Shown: piece after piece, positions 61,385-64,000 of the stretch
Layout: every line of letters starts with the position of its first letter
Position numbering within the stretch: position 1 is the stretch's first letter
Source of the DNA: Clostridia bacterium
GTDB lineage: Bacteria; Bacillota; Clostridia; UMGS1840
Direction of reading: 5' to 3'
DNA length: 64,000 nt
NCBI GenBank assembly: GCA_045631485.1
Contig: JAZQUU010000026.1
Span: 3,063-67,062 of the forward strand
Notes under the pieces: generated by a model
What the model was told of the DNA's origin: nothing
Seen by the model: the letters and a program-made list of their open reading frames with translations, nothing else
Database searches by the model: none
Translations under genes and position numbers: made by a program

Positions 61385-63181
61385 TTACTTGGTAATTACA
61401 ATAGTCTGTGCTTCAAACACACCGTTGGTCAGAATACCGATACAGGTAACGGTATCTCCTGCCTTAATATCCCTAATGGATTTGGACAGTGTGCTGGTGG
61501 AGTTGTTATCAATAATTTTGGTTTTGCTGGAGCTTACATAAATTGCCACAGAATTGCCATCGGTATTTAAGATGGTAACCAGATTTGCAGTAGTGTTTAC
61601 AGACTGTACAATACCGGTTTCATTTGCATTCTGAGACTGAGTGGAAACTTCAATCTTGGATACGGTTGCGCCGTCCAAAGTAACTTTTGCAAACTGAGAC
61701 AATCTTAAATCATAAATGGTTTTCACTTCGCCAAACACATAGAATTTGGTATCTTTACCGATTTTGAAAGTATTAGGTACATTACCATTCATCAGGGTTA
61801 CGGAAGAGTCTGCGGAAATCACAATTTCGGAAATGCTACCGGAAGTGGATTTGATTTCGGAGAATGCTTCAATTTCAACAATGCGGTTGTATTTTAAAGA
61901 AACGCCGGAAAGCTTGTCTCCAACACCTAATGCAGAAAATTCCACTTTAGTGCCATTCTTTTTAATGGTTGCATTATCGGAGTTAATGGTGTACGCTTCG
62001 GTTGTACCTTTGGAATCTTTTAATTTCAGAACCACATGAGTATCTTCGATAAGGATATCAGCGATGGTAACATCGGAAAGTTTTTTAGAAGATTCCGAAA
62101 TGGTCAGATTCACGATTTTATTATACTGATCCAAATCTAAAACTGCGTAGTCACCGCTTCTTACATGAGCTAAAGTGCCGTCAGAACCATTTACCACGAT
62201 TTTGGATTTACCGGAAAGCTCATAAGTAACAATTTCACCGGTATCCGGATTTTTCATCTGCAGAGAGCTTTTTGCGGTATTTACGGATTTTACTTCACCG
62301 TCAACAGTGCCGGTAATTTCGGGTAAATCAATGAAAGTATCCACTTCCACAATCTGATTATCAATCATTTTCACGATTGCATGAGAACCGGTAAATAAAT
62401 CCTTGGGAGCAATTTCCACGCCGCGGTTTCTCACAAGAACATCAGATGCGATATCATAAGTATTGGTTACCACAAAGATTTTTGCGGTGTTTTCGGTAAC
62501 ATTAACGCTATCCACGGTACCTTTGGTAATTGTGATATCAATGGTATCCATCATACGGTACAGAAGAGTTGCCATCTGTGCACGGGTCACATTGGCTTTG
62601 GGAGAGAAATTGTTATCACCGGTACCATTCATTAATTCCTGGTCTCTCACATAGTAAACTGCTTTTCTGAAATCCTCGGAAATATCGGTATCATCCGCAA
62701 AGGTGTTTAACACAACAGAAATGTCATTCATTTCTTCCACGCCGTCTGCAGCTTTGGTAATATATAAAGCAGCTTCTTCACGGCTTAAGGGAGCATCCAA
62801 ATCTGTATCCAGAATTTCGTCCGCAGTAAATACATCACGGAAAATTAAGTATGCCAGTTCTTTTTTATAAATGGTGTCCAAATCGGATAAGTCTTCCGAA
62901 TATACAGAATAAATACTGTTAATATTATCGGTAACAGCGGTGGTGTTATACCCCAAAATTCTTGCAATTAAAAGCATTGCCTGAACTTTTGTTACATTAA
63001 CATCGGGAGCAAACTCGGTTTCGGAAATACCGTTAATAATACCTTTGTCTGCCATATCATAAATTGCATCGTACGCCCAGCTGTGACTTTCTTTTGTCAC
63101 ATCCTGAAAAGATGCAGCAAATGCCATAGAGCTCATCAGAATCATAAAGCAGAGAACAAACGATAAAACTTTTTTTACCAT
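61385..63181 (-). CDS. S-layer homology (SLH) domain surface protein with repeated beta-rich modules
   Basis: Signal peptide (AFA), SLH motifs FQDV..HSWAY..GIING..FAPD and LMNGTGDNNFSPKANVTRAQMA; repeated G.V.SVN...L..GD modules. Confidence 0.9.
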   Translation of the reverse strand: MVKKVLSFVLCFMILMSSMAFAASFQDVTKESHSWAYDAIYDMADKGIINGISETEFAPDVNVTKVQAMLLIARILGYNTTAVTDNINSIYSVYSEDLSDLDTIYKKELAYLIFRDVFTADEILDTDLDAPLSREEAALYITKAADGVEEMNDISVVLNTFADDTDISEDFRKAVYYVRDQELMNGTGDNNFSPKANVTRAQMATLLYRMMDTIDITITKGTVDSVNVTENTAKIFVVTNTYDIASDVLVRNRGVEIAPKDLFTGSHAIVKMIDNQIVEVDTFIDLPEITGTVDGEVKSVNTAKSSLQMKNPDTGEIVTYELSGKSKIVVNGSDGTLAHVRSGDYAVLDLDQYNKIVNLTISESSKKLSDVTIADILIEDTHVVLKLKDSKGTTEAYTINSDNATIKKNGTKVEFSALGVGDKLSGVSLKYNRIVEIEAFSEIKSTSGSISEIVISADSSVTLMNGNVPNTFKIGKDTKFYVFGEVKTIYDLRLSQFAKVTLDGATVSKIEVSTQSQNANETGIVQSVNTTANLVTILNTDGNSVAIYVSSSKTKIIDNNSTSTLSKSIRDIKAGDTVTCIGILTNGVFEAQTIVITK

Positions 63182-63236
63182 AGTAAAATCCTCCAAAAAA
63201 TTATAAATGATTTTTTAAACAAATGAAAAGAAAGGG

Positions 63237-64000
63237 TTACTCATCAAAACCGTTGGGGTTTTGTTTCTGCCAGTTCCAGGCATCACGGCACATATCCACA
63301 ATGTTTTTGGTTGCCTGCCAGCCGAGTTCTTCTTTGGCTTTGGTGGGATCTGCATAACATTCTGCAATATCACCGGGACGGCGGTCAACAATTTTGTGTG
63401 CAATTGTGATGCCGTTTGCCTCTTCAAAAGCTTTGATGATATCCAGAACACTGTAACCGGTTCCGGTACCTAAATTATGTACGAACACACCTTTTCTGTC
63501 CTGAATATATTCAATTGCTTTTAAGTGACCCATAGATAAATCCATAACATGGATAAAGTCTCTTACGCCGGTGCCGTCGTGAGTGGGATAATCACCGCCA
63601 AACACGCTTAACTCTTTGAGTTTACCGGAAGCAACCTGAGTAATATAAGGCATCAGGTTATTGGGAATACCTTTGGGATTTTCTCCGATTCTTCCGCTAT
63701 GATGCGCTCCAACGGGATTGAAATAACGCAACAAGGAAATAGAGAATTCAGGATCAGACACATAAACATCGGAAAGAATCTGCTCTAAGAACAGTTTTGT
63801 TCTGCCGTAAGGATTGGTTGCAGAATTGGGCATATCTTCTGTAATCGGAACTTTTGCGGGATCCCCGTAAACAGTTGCAGAAGAAGAAAATACCATTTTC
63901 TTCACATTGTGTTTAATCATCACTTCAAGCAAGGTGAAAGTTCCGGTCAGGTTGTTTTCATAATAGCGAAGCGGAATGGAAACGGATTCCCCTACTGCTT
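63237..64000 (-). CDS. galE: UDP-glucose 4-epimerase (5' end outside the window)
   Basis: Frame stays open to the window edge ([14 protein letters not shown]), [35 protein letters not shown]. Confidence 0.96.
   Translation of the reverse strand, partial: AVGESVSIPLRYYENNLTGTFTLLEVMIKHNVKKMVFSSSATVYGDPAKVPITEDMPNSATNPYGRTKLFLEQILSDVYVSDPEFSISLLRYFNPVGAHHSGRIGENPKGIPNNLMPYITQVASGKLKELSVFGGDYPTHDGTGVRDFIHVMDLSMGHLKAIEYIQDRKGVFVHNLGTGTGYSVLDIIKAFEEANGITIAHKIVDRRPGDIAECYADPTKAKEELGWQATKNIVDMCRDAWNWQKQNPNGFDE

Overview
Low-GC chromosomal segment of an anaerobic, probably spore-forming Clostridia-class firmicute (spoIIR with a sigma-F-like promoter, SLH surface protein, sigma-A promoters, Rex box, THF riboswitch). 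Most of it is housekeeping: kbl-tdh, tRNA-Arg(CCG), trmO, gap, guaB, obgE, proBA, ftsY-smc, ppdK, ispE-spoIIR, ftsEX-M23-S41, trmK, an amino-acid ABC transporter and a partial galE. Most interesting: (1) a 10-gene operon with a Rex box upstream, joining hdrBCA-flxDCBA to an anchor-less fumarate-reductase-like flavoprotein/Fe-S pair and an AspT/SucE-type exporter, i.e. a candidate electron-bifurcating NADH:fumarate/ferredoxin oxidoreductase; (2) a THF riboswitch ahead of a FolT-FolC fusion; (3) a layout that recurs three times (housekeeping terminator -> sigma-A promoter -> palindromic repeat element -> AT-rich accessory gene), carrying a PLD/EVE-like nuclease, putative orphan immunity genes with cassette-like boundary repeats, and a frameshifted ORF; two of the leader elements share a 4+4 inverted-octamer/mini-hairpin design built from different octamers; (4) an SMC shortened by roughly 85-90 aa per arm. 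All family calls come from reading motifs by eye; no database searches were run. No CRISPR array, rRNA, transposase or prophage was seen.
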